A stretch of 64,000 nucleotides of DNA from Thalia democratica (lineage: Eukaryota): NCBI GenBank assembly GCA_965202585.1, contig OZ241826.1:99634001-99698000 (forward strand), given 5' to 3'. Position numbers and translations under genes: made by a program. The notes beneath the pieces were generated by a model. It was given only the letters and a program-made list of their open reading frames with translations. It did not search any database and had not been told where the DNA came from. This document shows, one piece after another, positions 25,886 to 36,400 of this stretch; the stretch's first letter is position 1; each line of letters opens with the position of its first letter.

Positions 25886-28510
25886 AGGGGTAGGGAGTAC
25901 TTGGTAATGTTTGCTGGACTTATGAGTCCATATGATTTGGATGTGTTTTTGGTTCATTAAGAAGAATCTGAAAAAAAAAATTGCAGAAAAAAAGTATGCC
26001 ACCTAAAAAACTAGTTTCAACCCCGAAAATGACATATTTTTTTGATTTTTTGACTTAAACACTTATATCACTTATACATTATGAAATCACTTATACATGT
26101 CCTAGACTTATGATTTATATTTTAAACAAAAAATTATACTTATTGACATAAATTTAAAGACATATTAACTGCTTTGATGTATTATGGTGTCATAATCACC
26201 CTAAATATGCAAATTTTGTCTAGAAAATGGTACTATTTAAAAAATTTAAAAACATAGCTTGTTAGTGATTTTACTAAAAATAATTTATTGTAAAACAAAA
26301 TATTTTAGGGATACTTACTTACCTTTAAAAGTTTAGGTGATGTGGTATGTATATTAGCAGGATATTTGATGTCATAGTTTATTAGGATTTAGTGTTCAAA
26401 AAACTCCTTAAATAATTTTCAATTAGAAATACAATAAATTAACAAAATATTAAAAAGTTATGAATTATTATAGGCAAGATAATGTTGTATGGCATTAAAC
26501 ATTAGGAGAATAAAGACTTTTACAAAGAATAAAGGAAAATCACTAAATAAAACAAACATTGTACTGTATTATTAAGTTTTAACACTTAACATTATTGCAA
26601 GACGACTGATTCTTTTAAAAATTTCAGTATAAAACAGTTGTCATATGATTGATAAAATCTGATGGACTATCTGTTTAAAATAATTAGTGAACATAATACT
26701 CTTAAAAATTTAAAAAACTATCATTTATCTTTCTGAATAAGACATCTGTTCTGCTAAAAAATCTATTTGGATATGGTTACTTAATGAAAAAGTTACAGAC
26801 CTTTCATTAGAAACATTACATTCCCCTTCAACTTTACAATCAAGAATATAAACTATGTGCAAGTTCAGCAAATCATGTTTAAATGGGTATTTCCACTTTA
26901 AAATATTTCTATCTCAAACTCTCATGAGGTGGTCCTTCTTGTCTAAACAAGAAAGATTAATTGATAAAGTTGTAAGATTTCTGAATGATATGTAACAAAG
27001 GTGGGTAACAAACAAAAAAGTTTTAAAGCTTAAACAAAAAAAAACAAAAAAATGAAAAAGGGGAAGAAAAAGGATCAATACGTGCAGAGGTGAACTGTGT
27101 AAAATCTGGGGTGGGCTTGTAGTGAGCACATAAGAGCTTCATACTATTTTAAAAACACATCTAATCAAAATTTTATACAATCTAGATCTTTTCAAAGTGA
27201 ATGGTAATACCCTTGAGAAAAGACTCCTAAATTTATGCGCTTTTGTTGCAGAAGATAATGAGTGCTCTCAGTCTCAGTGTTTGTTATCAACAAATACTGA
27301 TACGGCATTAATTTTAGCGGCTTTTTTTCCCCATTGTACAGAAAGAAAGTATGAAATATTTTAGTTGGGCATTATTATGCTACATTAATTAGCAAAAGCT
27401 TCATCAGACACATAGTATATTGCTACTTGTAAAGGTAAAAAGGATGACTGGACTTACAAGATAGACCACCTAATGAGAGTTCAAATAAAAAAAAGTTTAA
27501 AGTGGAAACACCCAGCTAAATATGATTTGCTGAACTTGCATATAGATACTATTCTTAATTGTAAAATCGAAGGGGAATGGAATGTTTCTAATGAAAGATC
27601 TATTACTTTAGCATTGAGAAAAAATATCAAATAGATTTTTTAGTAGAACAGATGTCTTATACAGAAATTTAAATGATAGATTTTAGAATGTTTAAGAGTA
27701 TTATGTTTACCTAATTATTTCAAAGAAATAGTCCATCAGATTTTATCAGTCATATGACAACAGTTTTACACTAAAATTTTTAAAAGTATCAGTCATTTTT
27801 AAATAATATTTAGTGTTAATACTTAATAATACAGTACAATGCGTGTTTTATTTTACAATGTACATTTTATTTTATAATGTTCCTTATTTCTTTGTAAAAG
27901 CCCTATTATGCAATCATCTTGTCTATAATAAATCATAACTTTTTAATATTTTGTTAACTTATTGTATTTCTTATTACTAATTATTTAAGGATCTCTTTGA
28001 ACACTTAAGCTTAATGAACTATGACATCAAATATCCTGTTAATATACATACCACATCACCTAAACTTTTAAAGGTGAGTAAGTACACCTAAAAGTTTTTG
28101 TTTTACAATAATTTTATTTTAGTAAAATCACTAAAAGCTACAATTTTTTTTTTCTAAATAGTAACATTTTTCAGATAAAATGTGCATGTTTAGGGTCATT
28201 ATGACGTCATAATACAACAAAAGCACTTAATATGTTTTTAAATCTATGTCAATAAGTATAAGTTTTCATTTAAAATATAAATTATAAATGTCTAGGACAT
28301 GTCTAGGATATGATTTTATACTGTTTAAGTCAAAAAATCAAAAAATATGTCATTTTTGGGGTTGAAATTAGGTTTTTGGGCGGCATACTTTTTTTTTCTG
28401 CACTTTTTTTTTTCAGATTCTTCTTAATGAAGTAAAAACACATCCAAATCATATGGACTTGTACGAATTTTACAATATGACCAAAAAAATATGGTGTACT
28501 CCCAACCCCT
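25886..28510. mobile_element. Long-TIR DNA transposon derivative (Mutator/foldback-like), ~1.05-kb inverted arms
   Basis: Arms 25886-~26944 and ~27456-28510 are reverse complements (termini AGGGGTAGGGAGTAC / GTACTCCCAACCCCT). Flanked by ATTTGATAA (25877-25885) and ACTTGATAT (28511-28519), a 7/9 match. Superfamily is inferred only from TIR length and 9-bp TSD. Confidence 0.85.
27200..27634 (+). pseudogene. Decayed ORF remnant inside the long-TIR element (probable 3' end of a transposon gene)
   Basis: 27416-27634 is open for 72 codons: YIATCKGKKDDWTYKIDHLMRVQIKKSLKWKHPAKYDLLNLHIDTILNCKIEGEWNVSNERSITLALRKNIK*. Upstream LEKRLLNLCAFVAEDNECSQSQCLLSTNTDTALI is separated by frameshifts and stops. 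Protein family not recognised. Confidence 0.6.
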
Positions 28511-28519
28511 ACTTGATAT

Positions 28520-29300
28520 AATAAGAAGACATTTGTATTTTATCAAGAAAACCTGTTTTATGTAATCAAAAAGACTTAGATTCGGAAGGGGTCAAAATTG
28601 TACAAAGACAAAATTGCACAAGTGCACAAAGATACTTTTGCACAAGAGCACAAAAGTTTATGAAAGAACAAAATTGCATTAAGACAATTTTGCACAAAGG
28701 GTCAATTTTGCATAAGTTACATTTTTACACAAGAATAAAAACAAACAGAAAAAAAAACTAAAAATTATAGTAATATTAGAAAAATAAAAGTTACTAACCA
28801 AGGGTAAAGGTTAGGGGTAACAGTGAAAGTAAAAAAAAACACTAAATTATAAAAAAAATTATAATTAATAAAATAAATAAAAACATAAAAAAAATGCACT
28901 AAGTGCAAAATGTCTCTGCCTAAAATTGTCTGCTTGTGCAAAAGTGTCTTTATGCAATTTTGTCCCCTTGTGCAATTTTGTACGCAAGTACAAATTTGAC
29001 AGCTACCCATTTTGATTATACTGTTTTTTTGTTTTTGTAATTATACTAATGTATTGTTTTACTGTAGATTTAATATAATGTAAGTAAACGTAAATGACTT
29101 TAATTGTTACTATTTGGTTTTGTCTTTTACTAATATTTTGATTACTTTAAGATTACTTGGTTACTATATAAGTTTGTAGAATCTTATCTCTTGTTAGCTT
29201 GAGTCAGCTTGACTGTAGAAAAAAGTTTGAAATATCTAAAGTAATCTTAGAATTTTCATATGCATTGAAATATACTAATAAATCCGGAGTGTGTTACCCT
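28520..29300 (+). mobile_element. Penelope-like remnant, segments 2-3 (C-terminus and 3' region), interrupted by the MITE at 28583-29008
   Basis: After the long-TIR element the frame resumes as ICILSRKPVLCNQKDLD, and after the MITE as FDYTVFLFL*, completing a KPVLCxQKDFDYTV-type terminus like the one at ~40,420. Confidence 0.75.
28583..29008. mobile_element. MITE with TTTTGCACA-type subterminal repeats
   Basis: ~21-bp imperfect TIRs (CGGAAGGGGTCAAAATTGTAC / GTACAAATTTGACAGCTACCC), many TTGCACAA motifs on the left and TTGTGCAA on the right. A related copy lies at 46125-46617. Confidence 0.8.
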
Positions 29301-29758
29301 GTGTAAATATTAGTTTTTGTGCTCTGTATAAAAAATGTAAATTTTTAATCATTTTTAAACTTTTCTTTTTTTGCTTAGTAAGTTACAGACTTTTGACACG
29401 GTAAAAGCTCTAATTTTCTTTTTTAAGAAATAGTTGTGTAATTAGTTAAATTGTTTCAGGTTATTTTTAATTTTTGAATTACTTAAAACTTTATTAAAGT
29501 TTTGTTCAGTTTATTTTTGTTTATCTTGCTAGATAATTAAAATAAAAAAACTAATTGTAAACTCTGTATGACTTTTTTCATTTGAACTACACAATGAATA
29601 AGAGTAGAGCTATTAAAAAAAATGGTTTTATCTGGCCTTTGAGCTTAATCTTGCCGAAAATGGAACTACCAAGGAAGCATTGTAATATTTTGAGGGTATA
29701 GGGAGGTGGTTAATCTATTTTTTCACTAATTAATCCAATTTTACTGAGTTTTAAATAA

Positions 29759-30071
29759 AGGGGTTGCCACTGACTTTTGGCAGATTTTCAAAATTTCTAC
29801 AGATTTCTAAAGTTTAAGGTGAAAAACTGTGTAAAAAGTAAAAAAACATTAAAAAGATACCGTAAATTTACTTCAAATGATTTTTTTATAAAAAATTTTT
29901 TCATGAAGACAAAAAATTGCTATTTATGTGGTAGATTTTTTGTGTTAAATCAAAGTTTTTCTACTTAACATGTAAAAATTGCTTTAAATTTCAGGTTTTT
30001 CTCAGGTTTTTAAGTGATTTTTGTTCAAAATTCAAGGTTTTTACAGGTTTCCAGGAAAAGTGGCAACCCTA
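29759..30071. mobile_element. hAT-type MITE
   Basis: TIRs (A)GGGGTTGCCACT ... AGTGGCAACCCT; non-coding interior shared with 22799-23172. Confidence 0.75.
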
Positions 30072-33000
30072 AAATTAGCTTAAAATTTCATTTTACAGAT
30101 TTTCAAAATCCAAAAGATTTTTGAGATTATAGCCAGTCAAAGTCATAGACTACAATAGGTTCCTTTTAAAAGGCACAAACTAAAAAGGCAAAAAATGTCA
30201 ATTTCAATAAAAATCTATCTCACCTAAAATTTTGAACAAATACTTAAACTTTTTGAAAAATTTTCTTGCAGTACTTAAAAAAGTTTGTAGTCTTGAAATT
30301 CCAAATTTAAAGGAAATAAAAACAATGATCAGAAATAATCAAAAAACTGTTTTAGTAAAAAAAGTGATAAAGTGATTTACCTCACTTATATGTCCTTTAC
30401 TATTTCATAAATATTAAATCATAAAACATGCAAACGTTTAAACTTTTTAAGACTTTTGATACCTAATCAAATTTTCATAATTCTCATTTAAAAATTATTT
30501 CAAATTCTAGCTTTAGGTTTATTGACAATTTTTGGTTAAAAATACTAAGTTTTTCAACAATACTTCTTAATATTCAAGTTTTCCAGGTTTTAAAGATCTA
30601 AATTGCCAAACTTTAGGTTTTTTGGGGCCTATGCAACCTTGTAAGTATTTTATACTGTAATTTATTCAAAGTTGTAAATTCAAGTTGTTTAACCTTAAAT
30701 CTATATCCTTATTAAAAGACTTATTCATACAAAAAACTGATAATATACAGTAACCTCTTGCTTATTTAAGCACATTGTGTTCAAAGAAAAAATGCAAAGA
30801 AACGCTAGGTACCAAATATTCTTACTATAATAGCTATTTTTTAATATTGCTTCTAGTTAAAAGCAGACTTGGACTTTTCCAATTTTAATAATCTGTTCAC
30901 TTTATTTATAAATATGAAAACAAAAGATAAAACTATACATATATTAAAAAAATGGATTTCAGTTTATATAAAATAAAAATACTTTTAGAAAAACTTTACT
31001 AATTTTAATAACAAGTAGATTTTATCTTTATTTATATGTGACTTATTTGATACTTAACTTTTATATTCTATTCTTTTTTTTTTTTTTTTTTTTTTTAAAT
31101 TTAATTAATACTTAAAAAATTTAAATTATGATTAAGCATTTGTTTACATTTAAGAAATGGTGTCTATTTTAAGATTTGTTTCTATAGGCTTTTACAAAAA
31201 TATGCATTTGGTGGTGTAACGGATTTCTTCTTTTGAACAAAAATATATCAAATATAAAAAAAAAATATAAAAATATAACAACGTTATAAAAGTTGTTTCT
31301 GTTACTACAACTTTTTTTAATATAAACTTTGCCCAAAACTTCTGAAAAACAAAGATTCTGATATACTGAGGTATAACTAAATGATTGTCAATTAGTCAAG
31401 GAACATAAATTTACAAAGTCTAAAGACATAGAAAGGTGTGTTAGAATTTAAAAACATATTTTAAGTTAAAAATATGCAATAAACTTATTTTGTGCAATAT
31501 TTAAAAAAAAAATACTATTTTTTAAATTTTATAGAATTTTAAAATGCTTAACTAAACTGAGTGGTAACGTCATAAAGATGCAAGAGGTTACTGTACTTTG
31601 TAAACAAATTTTGTTAAACAAATTATATATGGTCCACCATGATTGAAATGAGAAAATTCTGTGTTTTCCAAAGGTATTTATAATTGCAGTTTGTCTCAAT
31701 TTTCATGTGTAAATTCTACAAAGTCTTGTAAATGTAACAGTTCCATTTCTTTATTCTACTTTTCATAAGTGTTGGCCATGGGTTCAATCTTGCATTGTTC
31801 AACTCAGAGAGTTAACTGTTTTCAGGATCCCTACACCATCAGGCCACACATATTTTAAAAACTCACTTAGATTTTTTGGTTTATTTGAAATAAAGTAGGT
31901 CTCAATGACAGTTACCAAAAACTTAAGTAACTATAGCTGTGGATATTAGAACTTTACAAAAATACTGAAATATCAAACTAAAAAAGCTGTATACCAGTTG
32001 TTTTCCTAAAAATTGTTTGCTTCATTAAAGTTTATAGCTTGTAGGGTAATTTGTTGTAAATATAGACTTGAAATTTGTTTATATCAGGGTCAGTTTTTAA
32101 GTAGAATTACCAGGGATAGCATTAACATAAAATCGACTTTTTTCGTTTGAAAAAGAAATCACACTAACGACCTAAACAACTTCACAGTAACAAAAATAAA
32201 GTACAATAAAAAATTAAATTTAAAAATTCTGCACAACTATTATTACCGTTCCTTATTTGAGATACTTAAATATTAGCATCTATCGAACATTTTTTACACG
32301 CAAAAAAAATAAAAAAAACTAAGTAAATTTCGTTTAATGAATTTTATTTAAAAACATCCTAATTTACCAGTGAATATAGTTTTTTTTTATGTAAATATAT
32401 GTATAAGATTTATAGTAAAAGTATACCGACCAAATTAGATTTTGTGTAGATAATTAAAGATAAAATTCACACTTCTTTATTTTTTACAAGCTGTAAAACT
32501 TTTCATAACATTAGACTTAAAACAACAAAACTATTATTTTTCTATACTGCTAATAAACTCAAAAATTTTGTTGATTTTTTTATCTTAATAAATATAAAGT
32601 TGACTTTAAACAAACTTTTAATTTTTATTCTAAGATTAAAGAGTAAGGGGCAAATGTGTTACATGCAAGTAGTCACTCCTACCTGTGATTTTAATTCTAC
32701 CTGTTAATATGCAGGTTGTCACTTCTGTGTGGCTTTTTTTTTAAGTATAATAGTTAAAAATAAGTTCTTTGAATTTAGTAATTTTTAAACTTTGATTAAA
32801 TTTGTTACAATTTTACTTTTAAAAACAATTATTTGATGCTTATAGTTTTTTTCCAAGCTAAATAAAAACTAGTTTTATAAAATTTACACTGTTAGTTTAT
32901 TTTTTTATGAAGTTAGTTTCAATTTTATTTTAGAACTTGACTTAAGTTTTTGAGATTAAAACTTGTCAAAGTTTTGTTTAAATTCTATCTAAGTTATAGG

Positions 33001-33791
33001 TTACAAAATTTTGCAAACTTAAATGATATCAAAAAAATGCCTTGCAATAGTAAGAAGTTCTCACTGAGAACTGTTATAATATTGATCTCGTGAATATATC
33101 TAATTATGCTCAAATGTGCAAAAGTAATCCTTTCGGACAACTAATAGTTTTTTAAAGTTTGAGTAAAATAAACAACTACACTTTTAAGTCAAAAGGAATT
33201 TTTTACAAATATTTTTTTTTTGAAAAAAGTTTGTTAAATAACTTTAATGTCTTTTAATTGATATCAGAATAAAATTTAAACTTATATTATAAGATATTTT
33301 TTTTTGGACACAGCATTAAAATGTAGTGTACGACTAAATAACTAAATGCTTCTACGTGAACCAAATCCTAGAGCAAAGGTTTTAAGCACTTTTTTTGACA
33401 TTAAAAAACTATAATATTATAAACTTGCAATAGTTAGTTTTTAATACATAAAAAATAATTTTTCGCTGTTATAACATCATAGGATCTGACTAAATCCCTT
33501 TTATAGTTTAAAGCTGGATCTTTTCATTTAAATAAGATGCATCAAGATCAAAACCTAATCAAGACTGCACACTAACATAATTATGATTAAAATGAAGTTC
33601 CGCCCAAAAAAGGTAAAATTGTGGCACCCCAGCATGTTAAACTGGATTAATAAATTAGAAATTGTTTAAACTTATATTAGATATTTAAACACCTTGAGTT
33701 TTTTTTAATCCTAACCAGATATTCTTGGTTTAAAGATACCATTTAAAAAGAGACAACATGCTTAACTGTATTCAATAAATTAAGTTATTAC

Positions 33792-35525
33792 TAGTGATGT
33801 ACCGGACTCACTATCCGGGTCAGGGTCCGGCCGGATATTGCCATTTTTGTCTGATATCCGGATCCGGCCGGATCCTAATTTGAAAAAAAAGTCCGGATCC
33901 GGTTCCGGCCGGATTCTAATTTGAAAAAAAAAAGTCCGGGTCCGGCCGGATCCTAACAGAGATCCGGCCGGACTTGGATCTAGTTAGTAAAAAAGAGCAA
34001 ACTGAAAAGTATTTTTTCAAAAACAAACCCTGTGTAAATTAATAAGAGTCATTTTCGTCAGTTAAAATTAAACACCTAACGTGATTGGCTCATTTTGTAC
34101 ACGTGACTAATTTACATATGTTTACATTTAAACTATGAAATAAACATTTCAGAAATGCAACTCTTTACATATGTTGTAAAATTGAAAACTTTGGAATGAA
34201 TACTTGCATTATTTACTGTTTAAAATTAAGCTTATAGAATATTTAGAATACGGTTGAATGTACGAGCCAATGAGAATCATATGACAAAATGTTTAAAACT
34301 AAATAATGATGCAACAAAACATCAGAACATGACAGGCAGTTTATATGTAAGCAGTTAGTTAATTTGGTGTGCAGCTTGAAACAACAAAATATTTTGAACT
34401 TTTTTGTGAATGCTTATTGTAAGTAGTGTTTTGTTTTAAAAGTGAATATTTCAACTGGTGTTTAATTGTTTAAATATTTAAGCCAGGTTTATAGTTTAAT
34501 AGTTTATTAAATAATTTTACAGTTTCTTGTTTACTAAAAGTTTTATTTAATTTTTAGTTTATTGTTTTAAGTCTTTTGATATAGATTCAATTAGCTTCCA
34601 GTTTTTAAAGTGTTACCAAAGTAATTAATAATTTTGTGTATGCTAGTATTTCTTGTTGTGTTTTATATAAAAGATTCATCTTTCAAAACTGTTGTGTCTA
34701 ACTATAGAAAGTCGTCTCAGTTAGAGTTTAGTATTTTTTAGATATTAATTAAATAAGGTAGGATTTAAGTATGATGGGTAGTACTAATAAGTTAAGTGTA
34801 CCACAATCAGTCCACAACTTTACTACCAAATTGTCAATCTTTGCTAGCCGTTCTACTGATTATTAGATTAAGGTAATTTTTCAGTTTTTAAAAACCTCAT
34901 TCTAACTCAGGCTTGTTTATACTCACTCTAGCTAGTTTTATTGTCTTAAACAGTGGCAACCCTTCTAGTTTGAAAATTTTTGGGAATTTTAAAATCTTAA
35001 AATCTAAATTTAGAAAATCTTGGACTGCCTCAGGCTAGTAGTTTATATAAAAACTAAGGCTAGTTTTTTTTTTAGATTCTGAATGAGTTTGAGCTGATCC
35101 AGTTTTCAATATTTTGTAATTTTCTAGTGTATTTTTTTCAAGAATTTGATTTCAGATTTTTAATTGTAAATAACACCTAAATTTGTAAACCTTGTGGCTA
35201 GCTGTTCTACTTATTATTAGATAAAAGTTCTTTTTTTCTCAGTTTTTAAAAACCTCATTCTGACTCAGGCTAGTTTATACTAGTGATGTACCGCACTCAC
35301 TATCCGGGTCCGGCCAGATATTGCCATTTTTGTCTGATATCCGGATCCGGCCGGATTCTAATTTGAAAAAAATGTTCGAATCCAGTTCCGGCCGGATTCT
35401 AATTTGAAAAAAAAGTCTGGATCCGGTTCCGGCCGGACTCTAATTTGAAAAAAAAAGTGCGGATCCGGTTCCGACCGGATTCTAATTTGAAAAATATGTC
35501 CGGATCCGGGTCCGGTACATCACTA
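33792..35525. mobile_element. Composite hAT-ended element (two left ends, one right end)
   Basis: TAGTGATGTACCG at 33792 and again at 35281; CGGTACATCACTA ends at 35525. Outer flanks GTTATTAC / TTTATTAC match at 7/8, consistent with an 8-bp hAT TSD. Confidence 0.65.
35281..35525. mobile_element. hAT-type MITE with ~38-bp CCGGATCCGG-rich subterminal tandem repeats
   Basis: Perfect 13-bp TIR TAGTGATGTACCG / CGGTACATCACTA; about four internal copies of CCGGATCCGGTTCCGGCCGGATTCTAATTTGAAAAAA. Confidence 0.85.
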
Positions 35526-36234
35526 TTTATTACTGTATCCAATTTAAATTGAGAGTTAGAACTATGAGTTATTGAAGTTTTTCTAATTCTAAAAAGTATT
35601 ACCAACTTTATGCGCTGAACTAATGTCTAAATACATTTAATAAGAAAAAAATTTAAAAGATGTTTTAGAAAAACTTACAAATGTATTGCATATTAGTAAA
35701 GTTCAAAACGTTTTCAGATAAAAATCAGTCTTCAGTAAACTTATGATAAACTAATAGAACTAAAACACATTTATGCAACTAAGTAAATATTAGTAAAAAT
35801 AATTCTGAAGTAGCCATTCAAAATTGTGTATAAATCTAAATTTTAAAAAGCTAGAAGACTTTTTACATTATAATGATATTTTTGTATGTAAAAGTAAATT
35901 TAATTGAAACGAAAAAAAAAAACACTTTTCCGACATAAACCTTAAATTAAAAACTTCCTAGTAAGAAACAGTTTTATGTAAGCTTTCAATCTAATTTTTA
36001 AAAGAACAACAATTTATCACTGAATAAGTTATCTTGCAAAAAATAATAACTTTAAAAATTACTTTGTGAACTTTTTTTGTTTTGTCACACTTTAGAAGTG
36101 TAGTACTATGAAAGTTTGCTTTGTTAAGGCAGAGCTTAAATATATACTTATAAAGCAAACTTAGTTGGACAACATAATTACAGAAGTTTACAAATTGAAA
36201 TAACTTTTAATTTTTTACCATATTTTATGTATAA

Positions 36235-36400
36235 AGGTTTAATCATACCAATTCGATCATCAGACAAAAGATCTCGGTATACTGAAAGTCTTGTAAACTT
36301 ACAGTTGTCAATCTACAAACTTTTATCAAGTTTTCACAACGAAACTCGGGTTTTAGTCTACCGAAAGCGTGTAATCTGATGATCGAACCTGTATAATCTA
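36235..36400. mobile_element. Short inverted-repeat element related to 44558-44925
   Basis: ATCATACCAATTCGATCATCAGAC at the left, TGATGATCGAACCTGTATAAT at the right. The left end matches the left TIR at 44575-44600. Confidence 0.55.

Noticed and set aside
26914-27129. 71-aa minus-strand ORF (MLTTSPPQ...)
   Set aside because: Mostly the reverse complement of A-rich low-complexity sequence; only its last residues overlap the transposon arm remnant.
28765-29968. ORFs 28765-29010 and 29777-29968
   Set aside because: They lie within non-coding MITEs and have F/K/I/N-rich composition typical of AT-rich noise.
31074-31096. 23-nt poly(T) as a retroposed poly(A) tail
   Set aside because: No adjacent recognisable element body or TSD; homopolymers are common in this AT-rich DNA.
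35399-35605. 68-aa ORF with repeated FFKLESGRNRI
   Set aside because: It is a translation of the MITE's ~38-bp subterminal repeats.
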